From the NCBI RefSeq assembly GCF_004010195.1, contig NC_057718.1, forward strand, positions 67,296,588 through 67,360,587: 64,000 nt of DNA, read 5' to 3'. The position numbers were made by a program, and so were the translations under genes. A model generated the notes under the pieces. That model was not told the DNA's origin. It worked only from the letters and a program-made list of their open reading frames with translations, and did no database searches. The stretch is from Chiloscyllium plagiosum. Taxonomy: Eukaryota. Positions 25,938 through 38,700 of the stretch are shown here, piece after piece. Position 1 is the first letter of the stretch. Each line of letters begins with the position of its first letter.

Positions 25938-26929
25938 ATGTCAGAGCTATTATCAGTTTCTTAATTCCTTTAATTATTTGATGAATTTCTAAAACTAAAA
26001 TTTATATTATAAAACATAAGAAATGTGAACCAGGTTTTTGTAACATAGAATTGAATGTTAACAATGATGATTTTGTACAGAAATTATTGCTTCATGACGA
26101 TCCATTTTGACAGACTAGTGAAAAATGAGCCTGATTCCACTGCTTGCACATGAGTAGGTGATGCAATGAATGGAAGGGAACAGGAATTGTGACTGTAGCT
26201 GTTTAATTATTGCTTTGTTTCAACCTTGCCATTTGTTTCAGCAACAAAATGCCAATTAATGGTGAATAATGCTTGTTAAACGACTTGTTAATGCCAAAAT
26301 AGACCTCATTAATATGCAAACTCTAAATTTAACAAACTGACCAAAACAGATCAACAACAGAAAATTCAACAAGGAAATTAGAATGAGAATTCCAGTGGAC
26401 TCAGTACATTGTTTGCTCCAAATGCTTTCCATGTTGGAAACTAGGCACCAACATATCAAAGCACACTCATGGCAGCAGGTACACACAGTCCATGTCCATA
26501 AACATTGGCATCCTACATGTGACAGCATCCAAGAACCCTCATAGTACATCTCTGAGCAAGTTATAGGATGCTTCTGTATTTGAAAGCTGCATTGTAGGCC
26601 GTACTAGCAGTTATCATTATAATGCTACAGCAAGGACAGTGTGTGCTCAGGGACATGCAACCCATTTCATGGACTGGTCCAGGCCATATCTCTGGGCTCT
26701 TTGGTTGCACTTAAAGTGCTCACTCACACTGGGCTACCTGGATGTTCACAGCATTATGCATTGCATTGCCTTTCCTTGCCTGTTTGCACTTTGCATTATC
26801 AGCCAAAGATACCGGGTTCATATTACTTCTGTCTTACCTTGCTATTTAGCACAGACAGAAAAACCAAGAAGCTCATAATTGTTGTCAATGGACCTCAGTC
26901 AAGTCAGGGGGGAATACATTCACTCAGGA

Positions 26930-27120
26930 GTTCTTGGCCCAGACTCAAAGGCAGCCTCCAATAACAATCCAAATCCTGCTTGAGGCAGTCAGAGATAGGG
27001 AGGAAGTATGGGAGACAAAAGTGGTTGGCACACCTATTACTATTGATGCAGGTGGGGAGATTTTCCGAAAGAGTGAGTAGGCAGCATAGAGGACATGCAC
27101 GTGAATGGCATTGTAGTTTG
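26930..27120 (+). mobile_element. Harbinger Myb/SANT-like accessory gene remnant
   Basis: IQILLEAVRDREEV resembles the L..LLEAV..RREVL helix of MSANTD/NAIF1-type domains. Confidence 0.4.
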
Positions 27121-27206
27121 AGGTGGCTGACAGCAAGGAACGAAAGTTGTTGCAGACAATAATATGAATGATAGGGCTGAATCTCAGTAGGAGATAGATG
27201 CAGTAA

Positions 27207-27429
27207 AGATTAGAGTAGTGCTGGAAACGTACCGCAGGTCAGGCAGTGTCCAAGGAGCAGGAAAATCAACGCTTCGGGCAAAAGCCCTTCATCAGGAATC
27301 CTAATGAAGAGCTTTTGCCCGAAACATTGATTTTCCTGGTTCTCGGATGCTGCCTGATCTGCTGTGTTTTTCCAGCACTACTCTAATCTTGACTCTAAGC
27401 TCCAGCATCTGCAGTACCCACTTTCGCCT
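27207..27429. mobile_element. Inverted pair of short PLE-derived elements
   Basis: 14-bp TSD GATAGAT(G/A)CAGTAA at 27193-27206 and 27430-27443. Confidence 0.88.
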
Positions 27430-28551
27430 GATAGATACAGTAACACAGATAGAGTGAGTATGCCTTTTCAGAGAGAAAGTGGTTGCACTTAAGCTGGTAG
27501 ATTGTAGAAAGGCATTCATTTCTTCCTACAGTTCTAGGCATTCCTCCAAATGGCTGAGACTGCCATACCTGGGTGAAAGAGAGAGACATGGATTTCTCCC
27601 TGTCTGCCACAACTGGGCAAATGTCAGGAATTGTGCAGGTCAGATCTGCACTGATAGCACTTGCCTGGGTGCACTTCGAACTTTTAAAGGTAGCATGGCT
27701 GCAAAGAATGATAGTGAATTCTGGGATATTCACTGAGTCATGAGTTGTTCTGGGAGTGATGCGGGATAAGATGGGACAGAAATTGGATGTGACAGATACC
27801 ATAGGGGTTTGGTGGGTAATTAATAGGACAGATTTGGCAAGATACAATAAGAGAACGTGTTAGTGGTTGAAGCAAGAAACCCTTCAAAAACTTGATGAAA
27901 CTTCGATTCAGCCAAAAATACCTAAGATCCAGCTCTTAATGTCTGCAGAGCAACCATAAGGCCCATGGACACTGTCGGCCCCTATATCCCTGACATTTTA
28001 CAGGCATGGTGGTGAACACATTTCCAGATAAAGCTCATGCTAAAGTGCATGAGGAGCCAACAGAAGTGTCTGTGTGAGTGACGAAAGAATCTGAAGATGT
28101 TATCTATTCTACAACCTATGGATTCTCTGTTTATGGGGATATGTATAAAGGACAATTGAATGAGTAGTAAAACTTCATAAGGCCATTTCAGAATGCTTAA
28201 AACTCCCTATATGATTTTGAAGTGGACAATTCATTTTATTTGGATTGTCACATGTTGGACTGTGTGAAGAATTTTCAAAATATATTATTATTATTTGGGA
28301 ACTCAGGTTCTAAAGTGGAGGAAACATGGATTTTAATTTTCAGTTCTGTGAAGATCTGATTTGTCTTATTATAATTGAGAAAGTCATTTTGAACAGTTAG
28401 GTCAAAACAACCAACTGCAAGAATTTGTGTGATTTTAGATAAATGACCAGTGAGCCACTCCTTTGCTGACTTTCATTTTACAACCTCAAGAGTAAGGGGA
28501 AAGGTGCAAACGCAGGTTCATGAAGAAAGAAAATGTCCATAGCAGAAAATG

Positions 28552-28779
28552 AGCCAAGATTAGAGTGATGCTGGAAAAGCACAGCAGGTCAGGCAGTATC
28601 TGCGGAGCAGGAAAATTGACATTTCGGGCAAAAGCCCATCATCAGAAAAGCCCTGATGAAGGGCTTTTGCCCGAAACGTCGATTTTCCTGCTCCTCGGAT
28701 GCTGCCTGACCTGCTGTGCTTTTCCAGCACCACTCTAATCTTGACTCTAATCTCCAGCATCTGCAGTACCCCACTTTTG
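28552..28779. mobile_element. Inverted pair of short PLE-derived elements
   Basis: Perfect 14-bp TSD CATAGCAGAAAATG at 28538-28551 and 28780-28793. Confidence 0.9.
28653..28680 (+). ncRNA. Minimal type I hammerhead ribozyme core (best-preserved copy)
   Basis: CTGATGA, extra A, stem II GGGC-TTTT-GCCC, GAAAC, GTC. All core nucleotides are present, with predicted cleavage after C28680. The stem I 5' arm is truncated in this copy. Confidence 0.7.
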
Positions 28780-30029
28780 CATAGCAGAAAATGTGTTATT
28801 ACTAGCAATCTCCATACAGTCAGGGCTAGGGTGAAGTATGAGCAGAAAGTTCCAGAAACAGAAGGCTGTGAAGGTGTCAGAGATGTGTCAACTTACATTG
28901 ATGTCAAGGCATGTACTTAAGGAACCTATGTTAGGTAATAAGTGAGTTGAGTTAGGATTTGTTTTGAGGGTCTTGGGGTGAGACTTTAACCAAATAATCT
29001 AGTAAATGCACAACAATTACAGCTGTACCAATGGAGCAATAAGCTTTAGCATGGACAGATTGATGACTGCTCTTTAAGTTTTAAGTGTCTAAGATCATTG
29101 CTGAACTAAAAGGGATTGGTCTTTCTTGTTGTTATTTGTAATGAAATTGTCCCAGAAGCTCTTGTAGATATTTTCTTAAATCAACCTGCTCAGAGATGTT
29201 ATTACACACCTCTAGAACAGGGGAGACTCAAACCTATGCCTCCTTGTCCAGAGGTAAGGACACTATCACCGCACCATAAGAGCCTTCCATTGGCTCTTGA
29301 ATAATTTGATTAAAAGTACAGGAAGCCTGAGAATATGTCAGTGACTGACCTCCATGGTAAACAAAAGAAAAATAAAACTTATGGCCTATCAAGCCAAATT
29401 CTACACAGGGATCTGACTTGTCCATTATTAGAAATAGCCAGAATCATAGCAATTGCTTTTACATCCCTAACTTACTGGAAATTATACTGGAAATTTCTGT
29501 AGACCATGTAATTTGTGTGTTTCATTTATTTTATGCCTGGTTTGTAATGTTTGGGTTTTTTGTGTATCTGAAGTTAATAATTAGCTTAAGTATTTCTGTA
29601 GTCGTAGTGCTTTCTTCAAAAACATTTTGTGAGAGCCACTTTGACTGCACTAATGGTTTTTTCTTATTTTAGAATATTTTACAAATTAGCAAGGTGAACC
29701 ATTGTGATTTAAGGCTTGTTTGAAATTTCTAGACAAAGGGTTGTTGTTTAAGTTTAGGAGAAATGCACGTAGCTTAGAGCGAGAGAGACTTCTTTTCAGT
29801 TTTACTTTGTTTTGGACAGTCCTTAGGTGGAGATGGCTCTATGGAGCAGTGTTTCTGAAAAACGAAAATATAACAAAATAAGGTAATGGGTAACCAGTCC
29901 TATAGTTATGTTTCCGACCTCCAACATATTTGGAAGGTGTTTGCAGTTTCACCCAGAATATTATGACTGCAGCTAATGAGTGGTTCCAATTTACTGGTGA
30001 TTCTTACTTCCAGCTGTTTGAGAAAACCA

Positions 30030-30118
30030 GGGAAATAATCTGAGGGAAATAAACTGAGGGAAATAAATTGAGGGAAATAAATTGAGGGAAATAAACTGAG
30101 GGAAATAAACTGAGGGAA
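30030..30118 (+). repeat. Minisatellite, 14-bp unit GGGAAATAAA(C/T)TGA, ~6 copies
   Basis: Read directly from the sequence. Confidence 0.95.
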
Positions 30119-30221
30119 CCAAATAGCAGCCAAATGTTTCATCCCAACACAGCCTGCCATTTTGCAATTTTATGAGCTCAGCAATGAACTTTATATTTCT
30201 GTGTTGTTAGATTTAGATTTT

Positions 30222-31470
30222 TTTTTAATTTCAAAAATATACTTTATTCATAAAATAATTTTGATATCTATACAATTGGTGATGCCATACATACATATAC
30301 ATTACATTTCTTTACATACAGAGATCGGAATTAATCATTCGTATATACAAGTCTGTACATTGACCATCCAGGTATTTAGCTGAGGTGTCAGCGGGGCCCG
30401 ATTACTGAGTGGGCCTCCTGTTCTTCTTAGGCAGGCAGACCTTACATGGTGGTCTTTCCCCACCGTGCTTTGGCGGCAGCTGCCCCAAGCTTCAGCGAAT
30501 CCCTCAACACGTAGTCCTGGACCTTGGAATGTGCCAGACCTTGGAATGTCTCAGTTGGGGTCAACTCCTTCAGTTGGAAGACCAAAACCCAAACATTACA
30601 AACCAGGCATAAAATTCAGTCTGACTGAATTGATGATCCTCCAGGCACAGTTGATGTTTGTCTCGGTGTGCGTCCTGGGGAACAGACCGTAGAGCATGGA
30701 GTCCCGCGTCACAGAGCTTCTCGGACGAACCTCGACAAACACCACTGCATTCCTCTCCAGACTTCCTTTGCATCGGCACATTCCAGAAGGAGATGTGTGA
30801 CAGTCTGGTCCCCTCCACAGCCGCTTCGGGGGCAGCATGCAGTGTGGCAGAGAGTCCGGGCATGCATAATGGATCTCACAGGCAGAGCCCTTCTCACCAC
30901 CAGCCAAGCCATGTCTTGGTGCTTGTTGGAAAGTTCTGGCGATGAGGCATTCTGCCAAATGACTTTGACAGTCTGCCCAGGAAACGGCTCGACAGGATCC
31001 GCCCTCTCCTTTTCCCGAAGGGTCTCAAGGACACTATGTGCTGACCACTTCCTGATGGACTTGTGGTCAAAGGTGTTTTTCTTCATAAATTTCTCCATGA
31101 AGGACAGGTGATACAGAACGGTCCAACTACTTGAAGCATTCCGTGGCAGCGGGGCCAGGCCTATCCTTCGCAACACCAGGGACAGGTAGAACCTCAGTAC
31201 ATAGTGACACTTGGTGTTTGCGTACCAGGGATCCACGCATAGCTTGATGTAGCCACACACAAAGGTGGCCATCAGGGTGAGGGTGGCATTGGGTGTGTTT
31301 TGTTTGCCCAGATCTTTATACATCGAGTCCCTTTGGACCCGTTCCATCTTTGATCTCCACATAAAGTGGAAGTTGGCCTGGGTGACTGCGGTGGCACAAG
31401 TTCTGGAAATAGGCCAGACCCGTGCCACATAAAAGAGCAATGACAGTGCCTCACACCTGATGACCAGGTT
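30222..31470 (-). mobile_element. Tx1/L1-clade LINE 3' portion
   Basis: The 243-aa ORF contains LPVRSIMHARTLCHTACCPRSGCGGDQTVTHLLLEC (post-RT Cys/His motif). 3' end ATGAATAAAGTATATTTT followed by poly-A. Confidence 0.85.
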
Positions 31471-31751
31471 TTTTATAGAAGAAAGACGAGTGTAGTAAAT
31501 GTCACAGTGGCTGAGAAAGAACTTATCGAGTAACTGTGGAGTGAGGGGGTTAACAATACCTTTTAGCTAAGAGTAACTGTTGAGCATGTGTGTAAGGAAT
31601 TGTAGAAAACAGATCACATGGAAATGGAGACTAGCTTTCCAGATAATATACTCTCTTAATATCCCTTGCATAAAGCTATGTTTAATAAAATCTGTTAACA
31701 TTCATCTACCTGAGTGTGAATCTGATTTTACAATCGTAACAGATCGTAATT

Positions 31752-32066
31752 TGATTAGATTCCCTACTGTGTGGAAGCAGGCTCTTTGGCCCAGCCAGCC
31801 CACACCGACCCTCCGAGGAGTAACCCACCCAGACCCATTACCCTCTGACTAATGCACCTAACACTATGGGCAATTTAGCATGGCCAATTCACCTAACCTG
31901 CACATCTTTGGACTGTGGGAGGAAACGGGAGCACCCGGAGGAAACCCACACAGACACGGGGAGAATGTGCAAACTCCACACAGACAGTCACCCGAGGCTG
32001 GAATCGAACATGGGACCCTAGTGCTGTGAGGCAGCAGAGCTAACCACTGAGCCACCATGCCGCCCC
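31752..32066 (-). mobile_element. HE1-type SINE
   Basis: Full head, core and tail on the minus strand. Confidence 0.9.
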
Positions 32067-35000
32067 ATGTGATATTATCTTCACAGGCATGGGTGGGCCA
32101 TCATTGTGATAGATCCTGTCTAAATGTTCAATTTAAATTTTCCATGAAACAGAGACACCAAAAGTAGATCTAATATATTGTCAAGTGGGTGTGGCTATAT
32201 CTAAAAACCAGAGCATGCAGTAAGGCAGAGAAGGAGCCAGACAGCTCAGTCATAAGTAAATCTGCCTTTTCTTCTCTTATCGGCAGCCTTCCTCATTCAG
32301 ATCCATCACTGCTGACAAAACAGCACCTTTGATGTAGTAAAATGTCCCAAGGTGTTTCACAGGGAAACTAGTAATTAAAATTTACTCCAAGTCAGGTTTT
32401 GCTTTCAAGACTGGGATGTGGGCATCCCTAGCTTTTATTGTCCATTTCTGTGCCATGGAGAAGATTATGGTGAACTGCCTTATAGAATCACAATTAGCGG
32501 TGGATGGAGTGAATGTTGAAGGTGGTGTTTGGAGTGCCGATCAAGTGAACTGATTCAGAGAGTTGCTGAAATTACATTCATCCACGCACGTGTAGAAATA
32601 TATCATAGAATTCTGACTTGGGTCTTGTATTTGTGGACATGTACTGGAGAGGTAGGACCTGAGTATCTCACCTCAGAATTCTTAGCAACTAAGAATTATA
32701 GGGACAGTATCTATATGGCTGGTTCAGTTCAGTTTCTAGTCAATGGTAACCCCCAGAGATGTGAAAATGGAGTGATACTTATATCATTGAATATCAAGGG
32801 ACAAAGTTTAGATTCTTTCTTGTTGGAGATGGTTATTGCCTGGCATTTGTGTGGCACAAATTTTACTTGCCAGTTTGTCAATTGAAGGCATGTTTGATGA
32901 TGGTAAAGTAGTTAAAATCCTGTTGCTAAAGAGGTCACACTTTGAGGAGCACAGAATCTCCAAGATCTATACGGCTGAAGGAAATTACAGAGATCCCATT
33001 GGTATATCCAGGCTGAAAATTACAGTTGCTATAAATGAACCTTCTGCTGTCAGAAACAGTTCTGAGAAAACCTTTTTTGCAAAAATATAGTCTTGGCAGA
33101 CAAACATGTAGCTGCCACTAGAACACAATAAACAGATGCTCACATGGAATTTCATTCAACTGCTAATCACACCTTTTAAACTTAAACTCCTAAAGTTTAT
33201 TTAATGGTGCCCATGCTATAGAGATAAGTGAGGGACTTTTGTGTTGTAATGGTAGTGTACATGTGTGGCAGCAGACCAGGGTTTAAGTACTGCCCATCCT
33301 AGTGCATGTTATAACCTGCCCAAACAGGTTGATTATAAACAGCTATTAAGGTGAACAATGATCTAAGAGTCAGCTACAGAAAAAAATCAGCATCATTTTA
33401 CTGATGTTGCCCAAAATTAAAAATTGCAATATGCTCTCTGTGTGAGGCCTCCAAACAAACTGCAGCCAATTGAATTTGGCTCCAGGAACACTCTTGGATG
33501 GTGGGCGTTTGCCACCATCACCGAATCAGACTTTCATCTGACATGTTTAGTATAGAAGGCATTCTTCTTTTCTTGGATGTGGTTTTCATGATCAGATAGG
33601 AAGTGATGAATGCTTTTTTTAACACAGGTGAGACATTTCCCATCTCTTGCCTGCAGCCTTATCTTTGATCTCCCTGCACCATGTGCCATCAGAGTGTGTT
33701 TGGCATGTACAAGGGAAGCATACTTCTACTTTTATTTGCTTCAATGCCCCTCTAAAAGGAACTTTTATGTTGCCAAGGAGGTCCCAGAAGAGCAGAAATT
33801 ACATGGAGACCCATTACCTCCAAGTGCACATTTTCTTTTATATTCCTGAACAAGAAGAACATGTCAGTATCTCAGTAAAGGAGCCATTTTGCTGTAAGTG
33901 ATCCCAGAGACAAGAATTACAGAAAATTTTCCTGAGTAATTATTCCCCAGTCAAAACATTAATGTCTTCTTCTAACATAAACTTAACTCTGGATTTCATT
34001 CCCTACTGATTATCATTCTCTACTAAAAATATTTTCATTATGTGCAGCTATCCAAAGGAAGCAGCAAGTGAGGAAAGGGAAGCAAAGCAATCAGGATCAG
34101 TCATGGCCATACAGGAGAAGAAGGAACACCAAGGCCCAGAAAATAACCAAGAGGAGCAGCTCAATGGTGTCCGAACAGATCATGGAGGTGACGAGAACCA
34201 GCAAGAAGGATCGCTGCAGCCTCCAAAAAAAGATGCATCAGATGCTTCAAAGTGCCAGGATTGAGCAACACCTGAAACAGATGGTCCGGGGTTGAGTTGA
34301 GGATCCCTGACGCAAATCTCCCGGACCCATTGCTCTGGATACACTTTGTTCCTCTTGCTTTCAGATGCTGCAGCAAACTCTCAAAACAGACATTGAGCCA
34401 TGGTACTTCATGTGTGGCCCCGAATTAATGCCTCAAGCTGGCACTGTCACATTTGGGCATATGCGGAGAGACAAGCAACCACATGTAATGTCAAACAATG
34501 CCATTTATAGAAAAAAGCTAAACAATGCATCGTAATATATTGTGACAAGTGCCATTAATAAGTTTTCTTCTTCCTCTCCCACCCTTTAAGTCTCTATGTA
34601 TACCCTTGTTCCACGGCTAGGGAGGAGGGAGCCTGTTCACTGCGAAGCCAGTTTGCCTTGAGGGTTTGATCAGGTAATCCTGGAGGCATTGATGTTCTCC
34701 AGGAAAGGGACTCTCTTCTTTACACCATCCCTCTACATCACTGTCAGAAGATCACTGTACCATCTTCCCCTTCTTAGGCATCATCAGAAGAGGTTCTCAA
34801 CTGAGCAGTGCAACTTCGGAATTCCAGTGTTTATCTGGGTGCACAGTGGACTTTTAAAGATGGTCTTGCACAAGGGATGCCTGTCTTTTTGCAGATATCC
34901 ACTGCATGGTGAATTATTCCAGGAATGGCATGTGGCAAGATGGAACTGGAATTGGACATGAAGACACCATATAGATAGGGTTGGTCATTAATGAGATGCA

Positions 35001-36662
35001 TTGGCAAGAAATCCCACTGAGCCTCACAGTGAAAATTCCTCCAAAAAACTTGACATAACTTGCATTTAGGTTATTTTGCCTAAGAATTAGCTTTTTTAAA
35101 TATTTATTTTATTTTGAAAGTTACTTAATTTACTAGTAGGAATTTAGCAACATAAATATTTCAACCTACAATGTTTTAATGCTTCCTTTCAGCTAAGTAA
35201 AGCACTATGTAACGTAGATCCAGTTTCAGCATTGATTCTTACATAAACTATGTTTCACCTAATGTTGCAGTTTTCAGATAAGCAATCACAGTTTTAAGTA
35301 AGGGCTGACAGTTTAAATGCAAATAATTTCTGCTCATCTAGAACTGGCCACTTCATAAGCAGTCTGCTGATTTAGTCAGAGCAGAGAAATCGAAAAAGGT
35401 CACTCTGAGGTAGAGAACTGGGTGTCATTAGTCGACATGTCAGAATTAATACTTTGCCTTTGGATGACATCATCAAGTGGCAGCATTCAGATGAGGAATA
35501 GGAAGAGGCCAAGCTCCAAAGCCAATGTAATAGTATAGAAGCAGGAAAGGAAACTATTGCAAGTTGCCATTGTATCTGCTCAATGATAAAAGTTAAGAAT
35601 AAAAGCAGATGTGTGCAGTCTCACACAGAAACTGCAGACAGATTGAAAAGGACAAGGAGAGAAGGTCTACTTTGGTTGTAGTCACATTGGTTGTGTCCTG
35701 ACTGGAGGGACTGAAATAAGAAATTCTGGGAAAAATGTGACCAACTGGGAGGTAACAACATGCTCAAAGACTTTGAAGAGGAAAGAAAGAGTGGAGTTGG
35801 GACATTAATTTTCATGATGGGTTGTTTTCATCATGGGTTGTTTTTGAGGATGATGTGGTGACAATGGAGTTTTTAAAAAGTGAAGGACAAGACCTGAAGA
35901 GAGAAGACTGTTTACATAAAATAAACCTAAGTTTTGACAGAATATATCATTTTTTCAGTAATACTAACAGTCAGAAGATTTAACAGATTGAAGTAGACAG
36001 ACTAGTATGAAGAGCTACATTTACGACAAATGTACAGATGATTGATATTCATTCACTCACAATGATTTCAGTGTCCTTTAATATTTCTTTTCTGAATCTT
36101 CCTCAGTGGAACCTCAGTAGCTGCTGTTGTGTTTTAGGAAACCTGCTGACTGCTTTACCAACTTTTCTCTGATGACTTTAGCAGTCTGGTGGTCTGGATC
36201 TGAGCATTCTCTGGCCTGATGGAAGTCTCTTCACTGGTGTGCAGGTGAAACTCCTCAGCCTGACCTGACAGAAGCAACTGTGTCCCTGGCAGCGGGGAGA
36301 TAGTGTGGCAGTTGTGGTATATTCTGAGATGACAATCCCTGTTTGTCTGACTATCACTTCTTCTCCTTGTCAGTGCCCAATGATACCTCTCCCACTCATT
36401 GAGGGGTTGTGCATCTGGAGGGAATTTGTTGTCCCACTGCACCCTCTTATTCCAGGGCAGTGAACGAATGCATCATATCTTGAGCAATGAAATGAAGGTC
36501 CAGCAACAACTGATTATTCTGCTGGGTTTGCTCTTCATGCAGCTTTCACCTGTTCCAAGCAGACAGCCATGAGTTTACACACCAGACTCACAATGTCAAA
36601 CAGAACCTGGGCAGACTTTTCTGAGTTTTACTCTTGTCTCTGCATGGCCTTTTGATACCTCA

Positions 36663-36867
36663 GGGAGAAAGTGAGGACTGCAGATGCTGGAGATCAGAGC
36701 TGAAAATGTGTTGCTGGACAAGCGCAGCAGGTCAGGCAGCATCCAAGGAACAGGAGAATCGACGTTTCGGGCATAAGCAGTAAGGAGGGCTTATGCCCGA
36801 AATGTCGATTCTCCTGTTCCTTGGATGCTGCTTGACCTGCTGCGCTTTTCCAGCAACACATTTTCAG
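36663..36867. mobile_element. Inverted pair of short PLE-derived elements
   Basis: Perfect 14-bp TSD CTTTTGATACCTCA at 36649-36662 and 36868-36881. Confidence 0.9.
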
Positions 36868-37519
36868 CTTTTGATACCTCAATCAGGCATCTCTGATTTA
36901 TCTATGTATGACCTTTAGCTCATTAACAGCCCAGTCTAGAGGCTCTGTTCTCTAACATTCTTCTGAGTGTCAGAGTCCTCAAATATTTCTTACTGCTCGA
37001 GCTGTAGGCCTGGGTCAGTTCATTGCTCACTAGAGTGTAATCCAGAGTCTATACTACACAGAATGCACACTGAGGTGAATGTCTGCTTTTGTGAATGGTG
37101 GGAAGGAGACCATTTTCTGTGCTTCTTCTGAGGCTTGTGACTTCTTCCTCAGAGATCTGCTGCAGGATCTGGTGGAGGCTGTTCTTCTTTTGTTCCTGGA
37201 TTGGGAATGGGATCTAGAAAAAACATACAAAACTTCTTAGTGTTATGACCTGCGATCAGTACCCAAGATTTTATTAAGAATGCCTGTTGTGCATCTCAGA
37301 GCAGCTGTCTGGAGATCTTCATACTAGTTGTGCTATAGGTATCCAACCTGCCCTTCAACACTGGCAGCATTCCCCTTGTTGGCCTGCCAGCTTGGTGGCC
37401 TGCTCTTCAAAATGGACCAGGAGCTTTACATCAATCATCTCCCCCCATCAGTACACTGTCCTGCTGGTTGTGTACAGTCTTCTGCTTTCAAGGAGAGAAG
37501 CAACAAGAAAGAACATGTA

Positions 37520-37880
37520 AAGGAAGCAATGGTCTAGCATTATTATTGCTAGGCTATTACTTCAGAGACCCAGCTAATATTCTGGGGACCTAGGTACAAA
37601 TCCAGCTATGGCAGATGGTGGAATTTGAATTCAATAAAAATCTGGAATTAAGAGTCTAATAAAGACCATGAATCCATAGTTGATTTTCAGAAAACCCCAT
37701 CTGGTTCACTAATGTCCTTCAGGGAAAGAAACTGCCATCTGTACCTGGTCTGGCCTACATTTGAGTCTAAACCCACAGCAATGTGGTTGACTCTTAACTG
37801 CCCTCTGGGTAATTAGGGATGGGTAATAAATTCTGACCCAACCAGTGATGCCCACATCCCATGAATGAATAAAAAAAAAT
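37520..37880 (+). mobile_element. SINE with CR1/L2-type tail
   Basis: Degenerate tRNA-like head. Tail GCCCACATCCCATGAATGAATAAAAAAAAA resembles the LINE ends at 6928 and 25937. Confidence 0.6.
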
Positions 37881-38479
37881 TAGCATGGGTGCATGAGTAT
37901 CATACCTACATTGATAAATGCAAATTAAAATGTCAGTCTCCAAAGCTGAGATTGTCCATGTTCATTACTAGTAAGAAGAATGTAGAATTGGAGGACTTTA
38001 GAAGTTAAATGGTTTCAATTAAAAGGTGGTTCAGTGTCTGTCAAAGAACTACAGTCGATGCAAATCAATGGAGCATTAAATGCAGAGTGTGCCTGAGGCA
38101 TTTGTGAGATGATCATCGAAAAGCTATGCTTTGTGATGGTGTTGTTGCTCATTTGGTGAAAAGCTATCAGCTGTGCATGTTCTCCTCAATGTGAAGAAAG
38201 CTCAGTGAGCAGATGGTATGTGAGCTGTTCGGTGTTAAGGCTCCTTTCAAATTTTAAGTGTAAACAATACCAGATAAATGAGAGAGAGTAGCACTTTGGT
38301 GCTCATACTGCTATACTGACAGCTGTAATGAAGCAACTAACATTGGTTACATATGAGGCAACTCGTGGAGATGATTGGTATGCAATTTTTTAAGTGGCAT
38401 AAATTCTCTGCAGTGGCACCCTTATAATGTTAACTCACATTTAGAAGGGCATGCAGCACTAAATAGGTGGTCTCTAGCC

Positions 38480-38700
38480 TCTGGATTGCAGCAGATCATT
38501 CATCCTCTTTGTAAGACTGGAGTCAGGTTCTCTTGAGCCATCCACGGGTGCTGACCTCCTCAACCACCTCTGTTCCGGCTATTTTATCAATCAGAATGGT
38601 TTTTTGTTGCCATTGCTAAGGAAGGGACTTCCTTTCTCACTTGTACAGCCTTCAAGAAAACCTCCAGTGGAGCATCACTAAACCATGCTGCCACATTTGG
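38480..38700 (-). mobile_element. Harbinger Myb/SANT-like gene remnant
   Basis: AAWFSDAPLEVFLKAVQVRKEV...TEVVEEVSTRGWLKRT*LQS/KRMNDLL, read across frameshifts. Confidence 0.65.

Noticed and set aside
30030..30118. CRISPR-like array
   Set aside because: The units are contiguous with no spacers and the context is eukaryotic.
30709..31440. Longest ORF (243 aa) as a host gene
   Set aside because: It is the C-terminal part of a Tx1 LINE ORF2, with adjacent frameshifts.
34040..34295. Acidic 74-aa ORF following an acceptor-like AG
   Set aside because: No recognisable homology or clear donor site. It may be decayed Harbinger sequence, so it is unsupported as an exon.
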